Positions 33,728 through 44,700 of a stretch of DNA of 64,000 bases are shown piece after piece. Location of the stretch: positions 414,452-478,451 of the forward strand of contig RHPI01003491.1 of NCBI GenBank assembly GCA_009103225.1. The letters are read 5' to 3'. Source of the stretch: Chlorokybus atmophyticus. Its lineage: Eukaryota; Plantae; Mesostigma and Chlorokybus algae. Below the pieces are notes generated by a model. That model did no database searches and was not told where the DNA came from. It was given only the letters and a program-made list of their open reading frames with translations. Numbering within the stretch: the stretch's first letter is position 1; each line of letters begins with the position of its first letter. Made by a program: the position numbers and the translations under genes.

Positions 33728-35719
33728 TTGTCTACAGGGGCGTACACTAGCACGGAAGCGGAACTTGTGCACGACTGGATGAAGCATCATGAGTTTGCGC
33801 GTGTGCCTGCAAACCTCACCGTTGAGGGACCTTACATGCGTCATCGATTGCGTAATGCTCTTCCTGCATGGCGCGCGTTCTGCGAGTCTACTATGGTCTT
33901 GTCTTGGGTGGAGTATGGCTACAAACTACCGTGGGCTCAAGACCCACCGCCAGAATGGGCGTTCACCAACCATAAGGGGGTACACGAGTTTGCGGACTTC
34001 ACTGCAGCGGCCATTGCCAACTTGGTTCATAGTGGGGCTGCACAAGAGTGTGTCACGCCCCCCCTCGTGGTGAGCCCACTCAATGTGGTGGATGATGGGC
34101 GCAAGCTACGCCTCATTATGGACCTGCGCTATGTCAACTCCTACTTGGTGAACACGCCGTTCAAGTATGAAGATGTGCGCAGCATCCCAGACTTGCTGCA
34201 ACCCGAGGACTGGTTGTTCTCCACGGACTTGAAGTCTGGATACCACCATGTGGACATTCACCCCGCCTTTTGGGGCTATCTGGGGTTCTCATTTGCGGGC
34301 AAAGTGTACAACTTTTGCTCGCTGCCATTTAGGTTGAGCACGGCGTGCTTTGTATTCACCAAAGTGATGAAGCAGTTGGTGAGGCGCTGGCGTGTGCAAG
34401 GCATCCGTGTATTGCCCTACATTGATGCCTTCCTCTTTGCTGCTCGTTCACGGGCAGCACATGCTTCCACCCTGGCTGTGGTGCAAGCAGACGCAGCGTG
34501 GTGCGGGTTAGTAATCAACACTAAGGCACAGACTGTGCTTAGCAGAGTCATCATCTTCCTCGGCTTTGTGTGGGATACACATGCTGGCACCATTTGTGTC
34601 CCTGGCAAGAAGCGGGATGGTTTGCTCAGAGACTTGCAGCGCGCCTTTCGAGATACGCGCCATGTGCCGGTGAAGTTGCTAGCCCGCATCTGTGGCAAGC
34701 TGCAATCCATGTTCCTAGTGTTGGGTCCTGCCGTCAAACTCATGACTTGGTATACACGCCGATTGATTGAGACCCGCCGCTCATGGAGCTCTCACTTGGT
34801 GCTTCGCCAATCAGAGATCAAGGGGTTGACGTGGCTGCGAGAACACTTTGAGGAGCTCAACACGGTACCCATTTGGCCTACAGTGCAGCCGGACATTGTG
34901 CAGTTTGTGGATGCTAGCGGCACCGGTTGGGGACTAGTGCGCCATGGCACAGCTACCCCGGTGGCGAGAGGCACATTCACACCCGACGAGTGCTTGACTT
35001 CATCGACATACCGCGAGCTGTTGGGACTCGAGCGTGCCCTGCTCACCGTGGAAGAGGAGCTACATGGACGCACAGTGCTATGCTATGGGGATGCCCGCAA
35101 TGTGTATTACATTATGCGCAAAGGGGGCAGTGAGGCCGAGCACTTGCAGCAAGTGGCATGCCGTATCTTCTTGCATTGCCATCGGCATCGCATCCGCTTG
35201 CATGTTGAGTGGTTGCCACGTGAGTTGAATGAGGAGGCGGATGCACTTTCCAAGGCACCAGACTCGAATGGTTGGACCCTGCAAACCCCATGGGTCCGCT
35301 TGCTTGCCTGCAAGTGGGGCCCATTTGATGTGGACCGCTTCGCCACGGATGCCAACACTCTGTGTCTGGCCTTCAACTCCGTGTTGCCTTGTCCGGGCTC
35401 ATCCGGTAATGCTTTTCATTGCGATTGGAGTGGTTGCAACAACTGGTGCCACCCCCCTCCGCACCGTGTTGGCATTGTCCTGCGTCATGCTCGCGAATGC
35501 AAGGCCCGCATGTGCCTCATTGTGCCCGAATGGACAACTCAGCCTTGGTGGCCCGTGCTTCGCCCGCGTGGCGTGTGGGCGCCTTTTGTCACAGACGTGG
35601 TGGCCTTACCCTATGGCCCGGCTTGCTTATGGCCAGGCCCACAAGTCACTGAGCTGCAAGGGGGCCTTACCAACAGTCGCATGTGGGCTTTGCAAGTCGA
35701 CTTTTGTCCTAGCCACTGA
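33728..35719 (+). CDS. pol: YR-element RT - RNase H - Dam-like (N6-adenine MTase-like) polyprotein
   Basis: KLRLIMDLRYVN, STDLKSGYHH, LPYIDAFLF (YxDD altered), FVDASGTGWG, STYRELL, WLPRELNEEADALSK; then PFDVDRFA..NAF..DW..NWCHPP..LIVPEWTTQPWWP. Confidence 0.85.
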   Translation: MSTGAYTSTEAELVHDWMKHHEFARVPANLTVEGPYMRHRLRNALPAWRAFCESTMVLSWVEYGYKLPWAQDPPPEWAFTNHKGVHEFADFTAAAIANLVHSGAAQECVTPPLVVSPLNVVDDGRKLRLIMDLRYVNSYLVNTPFKYEDVRSIPDLLQPEDWLFSTDLKSGYHHVDIHPAFWGYLGFSFAGKVYNFCSLPFRLSTACFVFTKVMKQLVRRWRVQGIRVLPYIDAFLFAARSRAAHASTLAVVQADAAWCGLVINTKAQTVLSRVIIFLGFVWDTHAGTICVPGKKRDGLLRDLQRAFRDTRHVPVKLLARICGKLQSMFLVLGPAVKLMTWYTRRLIETRRSWSSHLVLRQSEIKGLTWLREHFEELNTVPIWPTVQPDIVQFVDASGTGWGLVRHGTATPVARGTFTPDECLTSSTYRELLGLERALLTVEEELHGRTVLCYGDARNVYYIMRKGGSEAEHLQQVACRIFLHCHRHRIRLHVEWLPRELNEEADALSKAPDSNGWTLQTPWVRLLACKWGPFDVDRFATDANTLCLAFNSVLPCPGSSGNAFHCDWSGCNNWCHPPPHRVGIVLRHARECKARMCLIVPEWTTQPWWPVLRPRGVWAPFVTDVVALPYGPACLWPGPQVTELQGGLTNSRMWALQVDFCPSH

Positions 35720-35764
35720 CATACAGTATGTGCAGCTGCTATCGAGCGTAGCCTGCAGGCACTC

Positions 35765-36347
35765 ATGCCCGACGTACCTGGGGACTTCAAGATTGCACGC
35801 TTGCGCAGCCTATATCCAACGGTGGCAGCAGCCTCTCGTGCGGATAGCACTCTGCGGGGCCACGAGCCCTACTGGTGTCACTTTGTCGAGTTCTGCACGC
35901 CTCGTGGTTGGACAACTCTCCCGGCAGACCCAGGCACGGTCGCCCTGTTCTTAACCAAGGTGTTGGTGGAGGCCACTACCCCGGCACCTGTGAGACATGC
36001 CTCAGCGGCAATACATGCCATGCATACCATGACGGGACAAACCTCTCCCACTGCGCATGCACTTGTGGCAGTGGTGCGTGAGGCCGCAGCAAGGCTGCTC
36101 ACCGCTGGCACTCGCAAAAAGGAACCCTTCACCCCGGCCCTGCTCGAGCGCATGATCTCGCACTTTGCCCGCAACGGGTGGGACTTGGTGGCGCGGCTGC
36201 AAACCGTGGCTGTGCTCTTGCTATATGCAGGGATGCTGCGGTACTCCGACCTTGCGGCTATCCTCTGGCAAAGCATTATCTTCCGTTCAGACCGCATGGA
36301 CCTTGTGATCCCACGCAGCAAGACGGACCAGCATGGTGCGGGTGCAA
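35765..36347 (+). pseudogene. Tyrosine recombinase, C-terminally truncated
   Basis: FVEFC..VALFL, RKKEPFT, LLYAGMLRYSDL, IPRSKTDQHG. The HxxR/W/Y part is deleted and the ORF runs into repeat B. Confidence 0.85.
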
Positions 36348-38054
36348 TCTATCGACCCTTGCGACCCCCCAGCATGAGCTGTGTGTGTCGCATATAACTC
36401 GTGTGTGAGTTAAGGTGAACAACATTGTTGTTGCAGAAGGCACATTGCGGGAGAGTATGCACTGCATCACAATGGAACTGCAGCATGCGTTGTCTGCGAC
36501 AGTCACTGCATCGGCTATAGCTCATCTTTGGCATCGAAGAGTAGGACATCATGGGTGGGACAACCTGGCAAAACTAGTTGCTGAGGACATGGTGGGAGGG
36601 ATTGACATTAAGGAGAAAGACATCAAGGCAGCAAAAGGTGATCTGTGCGAGGTGTGAAGTTAGATGCCTAGGCAGCCTTTTCCTACTTATACCCGTATCA
36701 CTTTAGCACCCTTGCAGCTTGTGCACATGGACATGTGCGGTCCCATGCCAGTCACATCTATTGCAGGAACTGGGTACATTGCCACTCATCTAGATGACTT
36801 CAACAAGTTGTCAGCAATTATTCCAGTTGCTGCCAAGTCGGATGTTGCTGCTGTTGCGAAGAAGACGCTCACCTTTTTTACAACACAATCAAAGACAAGG
36901 GGATTTGTGTTGAGGAGTGATAGGGGTTCCAAGTATCTTTACAAAACCTTGGAGAGCTATTTGGAGGAGCACGGCATCAAGCATGAGACCACGGCACCTT
37001 ACACACCTAAGCAAAATAGTATTGCCAAGCGCCTCAACAACACACTTGTGGAGCGTGTGCGTGCCATGCTTACTCATGCAAAGCTTGAAAAAGCCTTATG
37101 GGCTGAGGCGTTTGAGACGACCAGTTACATTCGCAACAAGTCACCTACGAGCAACAAAGCTAAGACATCGTGGGAGTTGTTCTATGGGGAGAAGCCTAAC
37201 ATGACGCACATGCGTGTGTTTGGAGCCAAGGCGTATTCACACATCCCCAAGCACCTGAGGAGAAAGCTCGAGAACGTGAGGGCGACAGGTGTCTTCGTTG
37301 GGCACGAGCCCAACTATGAGGCATCTAGGATCTTGCTCGAGGGCGGCAAGATTGTGGTTGGAAGGGGTTATCTTCAACAAAAAGACAGTGACGATGTTAA
37401 CAACATCTTCAACACCAATAGAGAATGACATCGCAGAACCTGAGGTTAGCATTGCATCTTTGAACATGGTTGTTCTCGAGGTGGTTATATATGAAGAGGT
37501 TTTCGGCATTGCACAACACCTTGAGGGGAAGAAAGCTACACCTTCGGAACAGCCAAATAGGCGCTACCCTGTGAGACATAGGGTGCCACCACACTTCACG
37601 CAACGGTTTCTGTCTATGAGCGCTGCAAGTGAAGAGAAAGAGCCAAGCACCTACCATGAGGCGACTACAGCTCCTGACGCAGAGTTGTGGCGCAAGGCCA
37701 TGGATGAAGAGATTGCTTCGCTACACGCCAACAAGACTTGGGTATTTGAGCAGATTCCACAAGGCGTCAAGCCTATACTTGTCAAGTGGGTGTACAAGAC
37801 AAGTGTGATGGCAAGGGCATCATTGTGCGCTACAAGGCGCGACGAGCAAAAGGATTCCTTCAACATGAGGGTGTTAACTACAAGGAGGTATTCGCACTTG
37901 CTAGCAAGCACACAACCTTTGGGGCACTACTCGCCAAGGTTTCTGTGGAGGACTTGGAGCTGCACCACCTCAACGTGAAGACCGCCTTTGTCGGAGAGTT
38001 GGACGAGCAGATCTTCGTGCAGCAGCCTCGGGGGGTACGAGGAGGGAAATTGTA

Positions 38055-38496
38055 AATGAGTTTTATGCGTCATACAGCTTATGCTGTGGGTCGATAGCAC
38101 GGTGGCTACGCCAGCATTCAAGTGCATTACATTACAAATGCAAGTTTATACATTTAGGCTGACCTATACACAACGTCTGCACTAGGGTGCAAGGCGACAA
38201 CTACTGCTTCTTCACTCTAGGTGCGAAAGTCATGTGCTTCATAGATCTTCGACTTGGCGATGGCGCTGTGGCTGCCGATGCATAGGGTGAAGCCTGAGAA
38301 GCCTATACACCTGCAAAGTAAACCACACTCGCCACCCACGCCAAGGGTGGCGCCGCCGTGCTAGAGTTTTACGCAACTAAATAAGGAGCTTTGACTTACA
38401 ACTCACTCTATTGAATGCTTGTGCCCCCAAATGCCTAAGGCAATAGGGGCACAAGTGTCTCATAACTCATTAACGAGTTCTTGAGTTCATGGGCGC
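38055..38496 (-). mobile_element. Degenerate A-C-B unit of the YR element, inverted
   Basis: Reverse complement of 28980-29475 with many substitutions; the outermost part of A is missing. Confidence 0.75.
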
Positions 38497-38519
38497 TTGA
38501 ACGGGGCGTGCCCAATAGT

Positions 38520-39661
38520 CGTATGTGGGCATTCCGGATTGATTTGCGTCACAGCCATTAAGTCATGCTGAGTGCAGCTGCTATTGACCGTAGCGTATGG
38601 TCCTTTATGCCCAACGTCCCCGGAGACCATAAGGTTGAGCACCTGCGCACTTTATACCCGGCAGTGGCAGCGGCGTCACGTGCTATTAGCACCCTTTGGG
38701 GTCTTTGAGGGCTACCGTTGTAGCTTTATAGAGTTCTGCATGCCTTGTGGTTTGGCTGCCTTGCCAGCAAACCCTGGCAAGTGGTCCTATTCCTGACTAT
38801 TGTGTTGGAGGATTCCACCACCCCAGCACCCATGAAACATGCCTCTTCGGTCACACATGTCGCGCGTACTGTGGCAGGCTAGGCCTCTCCCACTGCGCAT
38901 GCACTCATTGGGGCGGTGCGTGAGGCCGCTGCCAGGTTGCTACCAATGAACACGCGATAGAAGGATGCCTACACGCCTGAGCTTTTGCAAGCCATGGTCT
39001 AGCAATTTACTCCCAATGAGTGGGACTTGGTGGCTAGACTGCAAGTGGTGGCTGTGCTGCTGCGGTTTGCAGGTATGATGCGATATTCCAACCTGACCAA
39101 AGTCAACGCACGGGACATTATCTTTTAACCAGAACGCATGGATCTCGTCATCCCGCGGAATAAAATCAATTAACATGGTGTGGGCGCGACAGTACACATA
39201 GCTGCTGCCGCGGGTAACTTGTGCCCTGTAATGCACACCGCAAAATTGTTGTGCAGTTTGGGCTGCAAGCAAGCAAAGCCCGGTAAGTTGCTGCGCTCCA
39301 GTAAGCGAGTAGGGGGAACGTGCATTATATGCGACACCGTTGTACCATTTCCCATTGAGAGAAGGCCGCCATCGAGGCGGCGGGGGAGGACCCTACACCT
39401 TTTTTGCACAATTCTGCCCATTTGGGCACTGCAACCCAGGCGGTGCAAGCTAGTGTACCCCAGCACGTGTGGCAAAAATTGCGCGTTGAAAGTTTTCCAC
39501 TGCAGTTGAGGGCTATGTGCGTGCGGCGTTGCCTAAGTTGCACACACTTACATGAAGCCTCAGCTTAAGTGGTACGCGCGCATACTGCTTGTATACAGTC
39601 AATTGACCCATAGCGACCCCTCAATATGAGGTGTGTGTCGCATGTACCTCGTGTGTGAGTT
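38520..39661 (+). pseudogene. Third YR-element fragment: tyrosine recombinase relic ending in repeat B
   Basis: Colinear with 35680-36347 and 46196-46753 (AGMMRYSNL, MDLVIPRNK); ends gtgtgtgagtt. Confidence 0.8.
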
Positions 39662-39859
39662 GTCTCATCTTGTAGTGGTAGTTGCACACAACGTTGCCAT
39701 AGTCTTCGGTGCCCTGCTTTGTACAATGCCACCACACCAATGCCACAGCACTGGAGCATCAAGGGCAGCATAAGCTAAATATTTATTCTTGTCGCGTGCA
39801 ACTAGCATCATATTTACGGTCTCGACGACGTGGCTTTACACTTGCTTGCCATGCGCCTC

Positions 39860-40015
39860 GAGGCTCTTTAGTTGGTGTCCAACACTGCTCTTTATATAAC
39901 GCGCTCTTGTGGATGGCTTGTCCAGTCTAAAAAGCTTCATTGACGATACAGCATAGGGGCTGCTGAAGTTCAGCATTAAGCGTGTCAACTCCCCAAACGT
40001 GGAAGTTAAACTCGG
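39860..40015 (-). pseudogene. gag: Short relic of DNMT-Gypsy-family gag
   Basis: ttggtgtccaacactgc..cttgtggatggcttgt..gctgaagttcag..gcgtgtcaactc aligns with 26022-26145. Confidence 0.55.
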
Positions 40016-40019
40016 CCAT

Positions 40020-41708
40020 GGTGTGACGGTGCTTGTGCCATGTTACATATGAGTTGGTCCAAGCAACAACCCTCTCACCAAAACACGGTACTCACACCGG
40101 AACCTTGCCCACTCTGCTAAGTACACTAGTGCACTCAGCCACTCGCGTACGCACGCGTATGCGCTGAAGCTATACAGGGTCTTATGTAGTGCCTTGAATC
40201 GTCACACAAGCAAGCACACACCAGTGGACACACGCTAGCAACTCCAGCTATCTACCACCAGGCTTGCGCACCAAAAACTAAAGAGCTAAAGGTTGTTTTG
40301 CACATTATGCTACCACCATGCTACCATGCTACCACCATGCTACACAAAAGCAGATGCTAAGGTGTTATGCAGAACCTTGTAGTATACTTGACCTTTTTTA
40401 CGCACTAAAGAGCTCCTGATTAGAATCTATATGGTTAAGTTATACTACTTGGCGCCAGGCCCTTTCAAAAATCTGGTCGAGCCCTTCTCGATTGGCCCTC
40501 TCTTTTTTGGCACCTTCCTGAGGCCCCGGGTAATATCCGCGGCAAACTCATAACTCGCCAATATTCGCCACAAGTCATGAAAACGTGGTGCTCGACAAAA
40601 GGGCCCAAAAAGGTCCTGAAATCATGAAACTTAGCCTCGTCTGTTACACACCTCCCCCCCTTAAGTGAGCTTCGTCCTCGAAGCTCTCGAGGATTCTTCG
40701 ATTGTCGTTGCAAATACTGTTGCATGATATGTTGCGCATCTGCCAAGTGCTCCTCCGGTTCCCAAGTGGCTTCATGCATTGGATAGCCTTTCCACTTCAC
40801 CAAGTATTTGCGCACGTCGTGCGCCATCTTCTCACCCAATATGTCCTCCACTTTGTATTCCACATAACCTTCCGTAGCCAACTCAGGCCGACGCAATGGT
40901 GGGTCTCCTCAATATGCTTGCAGCCGGGATATGTGAAAGACAGGGTGGATGTGCATAGAATCGGGCAGTTGCAACTTGTACGCCACGTCCGAAACCACTT
41001 TAATGACTTGAAATGGCCCAAGCCAGCGCTTAGTTAACTTACTAACTCCAGCACGCATCTATAAATTCTTCGAAGGAAGCAACACCATGTCGCCTTCGCA
41101 GAGTGTGACATGTCGGCAATGCGCATTTGCATACTGTTTTTGCGTATTTTGTGCCTTGAATATTGCCTCTCTCGCTGCCTTGGTGATGTCCGCACACGTT
41201 GTAAAACATCGCTTACTGCTTTTACAGCAATGTCACTTCATTGCGGGGTCCAATCCGTCAGCAGTGTCAGTGGGTGTTGGTTGTAGTGCATGAAAAAGGG
41301 GTGACACCCGTGCTTGCATTTGTGTGGTTGTTGATGGCAAATTTCACCACTTCCAGCAACTTCACCCAGTTGTTCTACCGTGCATTCACGAAGCAGTGCA
41401 ACATATATGCGATCACAAGGTTGGCTCGCTCCGTTTGGCCATCAGTTTGCGAGTGGAAAGCCGTGCTAAACTTTGGTAGTACCCAATGCACCATGCAGCG
41501 CCTCCCAATATTTACTTGTGAAGCGAGAATCACAATTGCTCACAATGGTAGTGCGTGGGGACTAATGACATGCTTCATAAACAAGCTTGCTCCCTCCGAT
41601 GCCGTGCAAGACTCACAATACGGTGCCAAATGTACCATTTTGCTGGTTTTATCTACGAATACGAGTATTCCGTTGTACGCTTCTGTTGTCTTCAGCGGCC
41701 TCCTAATT
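40020..41708 (-). mobile_element. 3' part of a chromodomain Gypsy element (integrase end, chromodomain, PPT, 3' LTR from 40648; left boundary approximate)
   Basis: GILVFVDKTSKMVHLAP; EYKVEDIL..KYLVKWKGYPMHEATWEPEEHL; GAGGAC motif and polypurine tract, then TGTAACAG. Confidence 0.85.
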
Positions 41709-41714
41709 GAGTCA

Positions 41715-44700
41715 TATGAGTTTATGAAGCGCATGAAATGCGCGCCCATGAACTCAAGAACTCGTTAATGAGTTATGAGACTCTTGTGCCCCTAGTGCCT
41801 TGAGCACTTGGGGGCACAAGCACTCACCAGATGTGAGTTGTGAGTCACAAGCTCCTTATCTAGTCGCTTGAAACCCTAGCGCGGCGGCGCCATCCTTGGC
41901 GAGGGTGGCGAGTGTGGTTTGGAGGAAGGATAGGCGGTCGACCTTCATGACCACCACACGGTCAAAAAGTGCCCGTGGTGATGGAGAGGACGTGGAAGCC
42001 ACGGCCAAGGCGGCTAAGCTTGCCGCCAATAGGTTGGCGCGGGCTACAAGTCCGCGTCGCCACACCTTAATTGAGGAGGAGGAGAGAAGAGCGGCGAGTG
42101 AGGAGAGAAGGGTGCGCCCCCCGGTGGAGGTGGGAGAAGAGGAGGTGAACAAGGAGGGTGATGGTGACAATGACAAGGACGAGGATGATGAGGACCCGCC
42201 CGTCGTCACTAACAAGCGTGAAGGGAGGCCAGCCCGCTCTCCGACGCTTCCACCCCGTCCATGACACCCACGGAGGCCATGGCGAGGAGTTGGAGGCGAA
42301 AAACATGCGCCTTAAGCGTGGGAAGGCGCCCGCCATCCCTCATGATGAGCCCGTTGACGAGCCCAACCACCCGCCACTCATGAGCATCTTTCGCCGCGAC
42401 ACAGGTGACTCCACTACACCCAATGCTCGTGCGGAGGCATTGGCCATTCCCTTTAGCGATCCCGCGGTCCCTTGGAAGAAGAACATGATAAAGCGAGCTC
42501 GGCAACACATCGATGTGGCGGCTTACATTGCCTCGGCGGCGGCCTCCTTCGATCGGGTGCCCTCTCACCTCGCCGAGGATCCCCACTTCGGCAAAGGCCG
42601 CAAAGAAAACATGAAAGGTGGGCTCATTTTTGGTTGAGCATGGCCATTTGCCTGAGCACACATGTAGGACGCGCATGAGGGTGCGGACTTTACTCAAGCA
42701 AACATGCACATGCGTGCATCATCGGCCTTATGAAGGTGCGGGCTTGTTATCTACGTAGAGGCATCTACATGAATACATTGTTCCGCATCCCTCCTCCCCC
42801 CATGTTCAGTAAGGGGGGGAGGGCCCGCACCTAACACCCTTGCATGTCCACCTCTGTATTCACATTATGACTATTCATAGCAAGGTAAAAGGCACAACAG
42901 GTTTGCAATTACACTTGCATGTGGGAGATGGTGATGTCAATGCGGGTGCGCCTGGCGTTAAACCCAATGGCTCTAAGCCTATGCACGAATGCCCGCAACC
43001 AGTGTTGCTCACATGTGCTCTGTGCACCAGCATTGGACGAGGTGTGCACGCAGTTCCACCATATGGAAGTGGCCAACAAGCAGTAGTTGGAAAATGGTGG
43101 AGGAGCTTATGAGAGACCCTCTAGCTACGGACGATGCAGAGGCAAAGCGCCTTAAGAAGGCAATTAAGGAGGCGGCTGCGGCGCAGCCCAAGCCCAAGGC
43201 AAAGGCGGCCTACACTCCCAACAAGGGGCGGGGTCAGTACCCCCCCACCCGCTACTCTAGATTTTATGCATCTGGCGCGGGGCATACTAGTTACAAGACC
43301 GCTCCTGTGCAGTCTTAGGCCGCATCTATGGGGGGCCAGCGTGATGCCCGCACCTGTGACAACTATGGGGAGACGGGGCACTTGCGTGCCTATTGCCATA
43401 AGCCCTCAGCAGGCCGTGGCGGCCACTAGTTTGGTAGCGCAGCTCTATAGCTGTTGTGACAGCATAATAGCTGTACACTTGCACTGTTGATGCTATAGCC
43501 CGGTGGGGCACTGTTTTGTGTTCGCAACCGCTGTTTTAGTAGATTGAATTGCGAGCTGAGTGAATGAAAGTGTCGGAATTGTGATCCACTACTGCAAAAA
43601 TTGCTATCTTGCTTGTAACTTTTGCTGGGGGTCTCTGAACACCCCCGAATGGACCGACATGTTATGACTATTACAATGAGGCGGATAACGTTGTGCCGAG
43701 CAAAACAAGACCCAATGCGGACACTGTTTGCACAAATGGTGGCCATTTTACGCTTATCATGCCATTAAGGCTCTGGCTAAACTCCGTTGTTGAGATCACT
43801 TCGTAGTCGTGTGCAGTATTCTACACTAGCACAGAGGAGGACCTTGTTCACGACTGGATCAAGCACCATGAGTTTGCTCGCGTCCCTGCCAACCGCACCG
43901 TTGAAGGGCCTTACATGCGTCATCGACTGCATGATGCCCTGCCAGCATGGCGTGAATTTTGTGAATCTACTATGGTGCTCTCATGGGTGGAGTACGGGTA
44001 CAAGCTACCATGGGCGGCTGACCCACCCCCCGAATGGGCATTCACTAAGCATAAGGGTGTGCATGAGTTTGCGGACTTCACTGTAGCTGCCATTGCCAAC
44101 CTAGTGCATAGTGGGGCCGCACAAGAGTGTGTGACACCCCCCGGCGTGGTGAGCCCACTCAATGTGGTCGATGGTGGTCGCAAGTTGCGCCTCATCATGG
44201 ACTTGCGCTATGTCAACTCCTATATGGTGAACACGCCGTTTAAGTATGAGGATGTACGCAGGATCCCGGACTTGCTGCAACCTGAGGACTGGTTGTTCTC
44301 TACGGACTTGAAGTCCGGCTATCATCATGTGGACATCCACCCCGCCTTTTGGGGCTACTTGGGGTTCTCAATTGCGAGCAAAGTATTTAACTTTTGCTCA
44401 TTGCCATTTGGGTTGGGCACGGCTTGCTTCGTGTTCACAAAGATTATGAAGCAATTGGTGCGCCGTTGGCGTGGTCAGGTCAACATACCGCATCATACCC
44501 GCAAGTCTCAGCAGCACCGTCACCGTTTGCAACCTGACCACCAAGTCCCACCCGTCGCGAGCAAAGTGCGAGACCATGGCTCGCAAGAGCTCGGGTGTGT
44601 AGGCGCCCTTCTTCTGTGTGTTGCAAGGGCAGCAGCCAAGCAGCGGCCTCACGAACCACCGCAACGAGTGCATGCGCAGTGGGAGAGGTCTGGGCTGCAT

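Larger units (their letters stand above)
31484..36412 (+). mobile_element. Tyrosine-recombinase (DIRS-order, split-direct-repeat) retrotransposon, copy 1 (A-ORFs-B)
   Basis: Left repeat A, gag, RT/RNase H/Dam-like ORF, YR ORF, right repeat B; no LTRs and no conventional TSD. Confidence 0.9.
30014..38050 (+). mobile_element. Old degenerate Ty1/Copia relative (5' LTR 30014-30305; 3' end truncated in RT), interrupted by YR element 1
   Basis: TGTTAAAGG..TCAACA LTR then GGTTATGGGTC PBS; gag similar to the young family; LWHRRVGH, MDMCGP, RSDRGSKY, LELHHLNVKTAF with many stops and frameshifts. GGRVKVNNIVVAEG is rejoined across 31483/36413. Confidence 0.85.
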
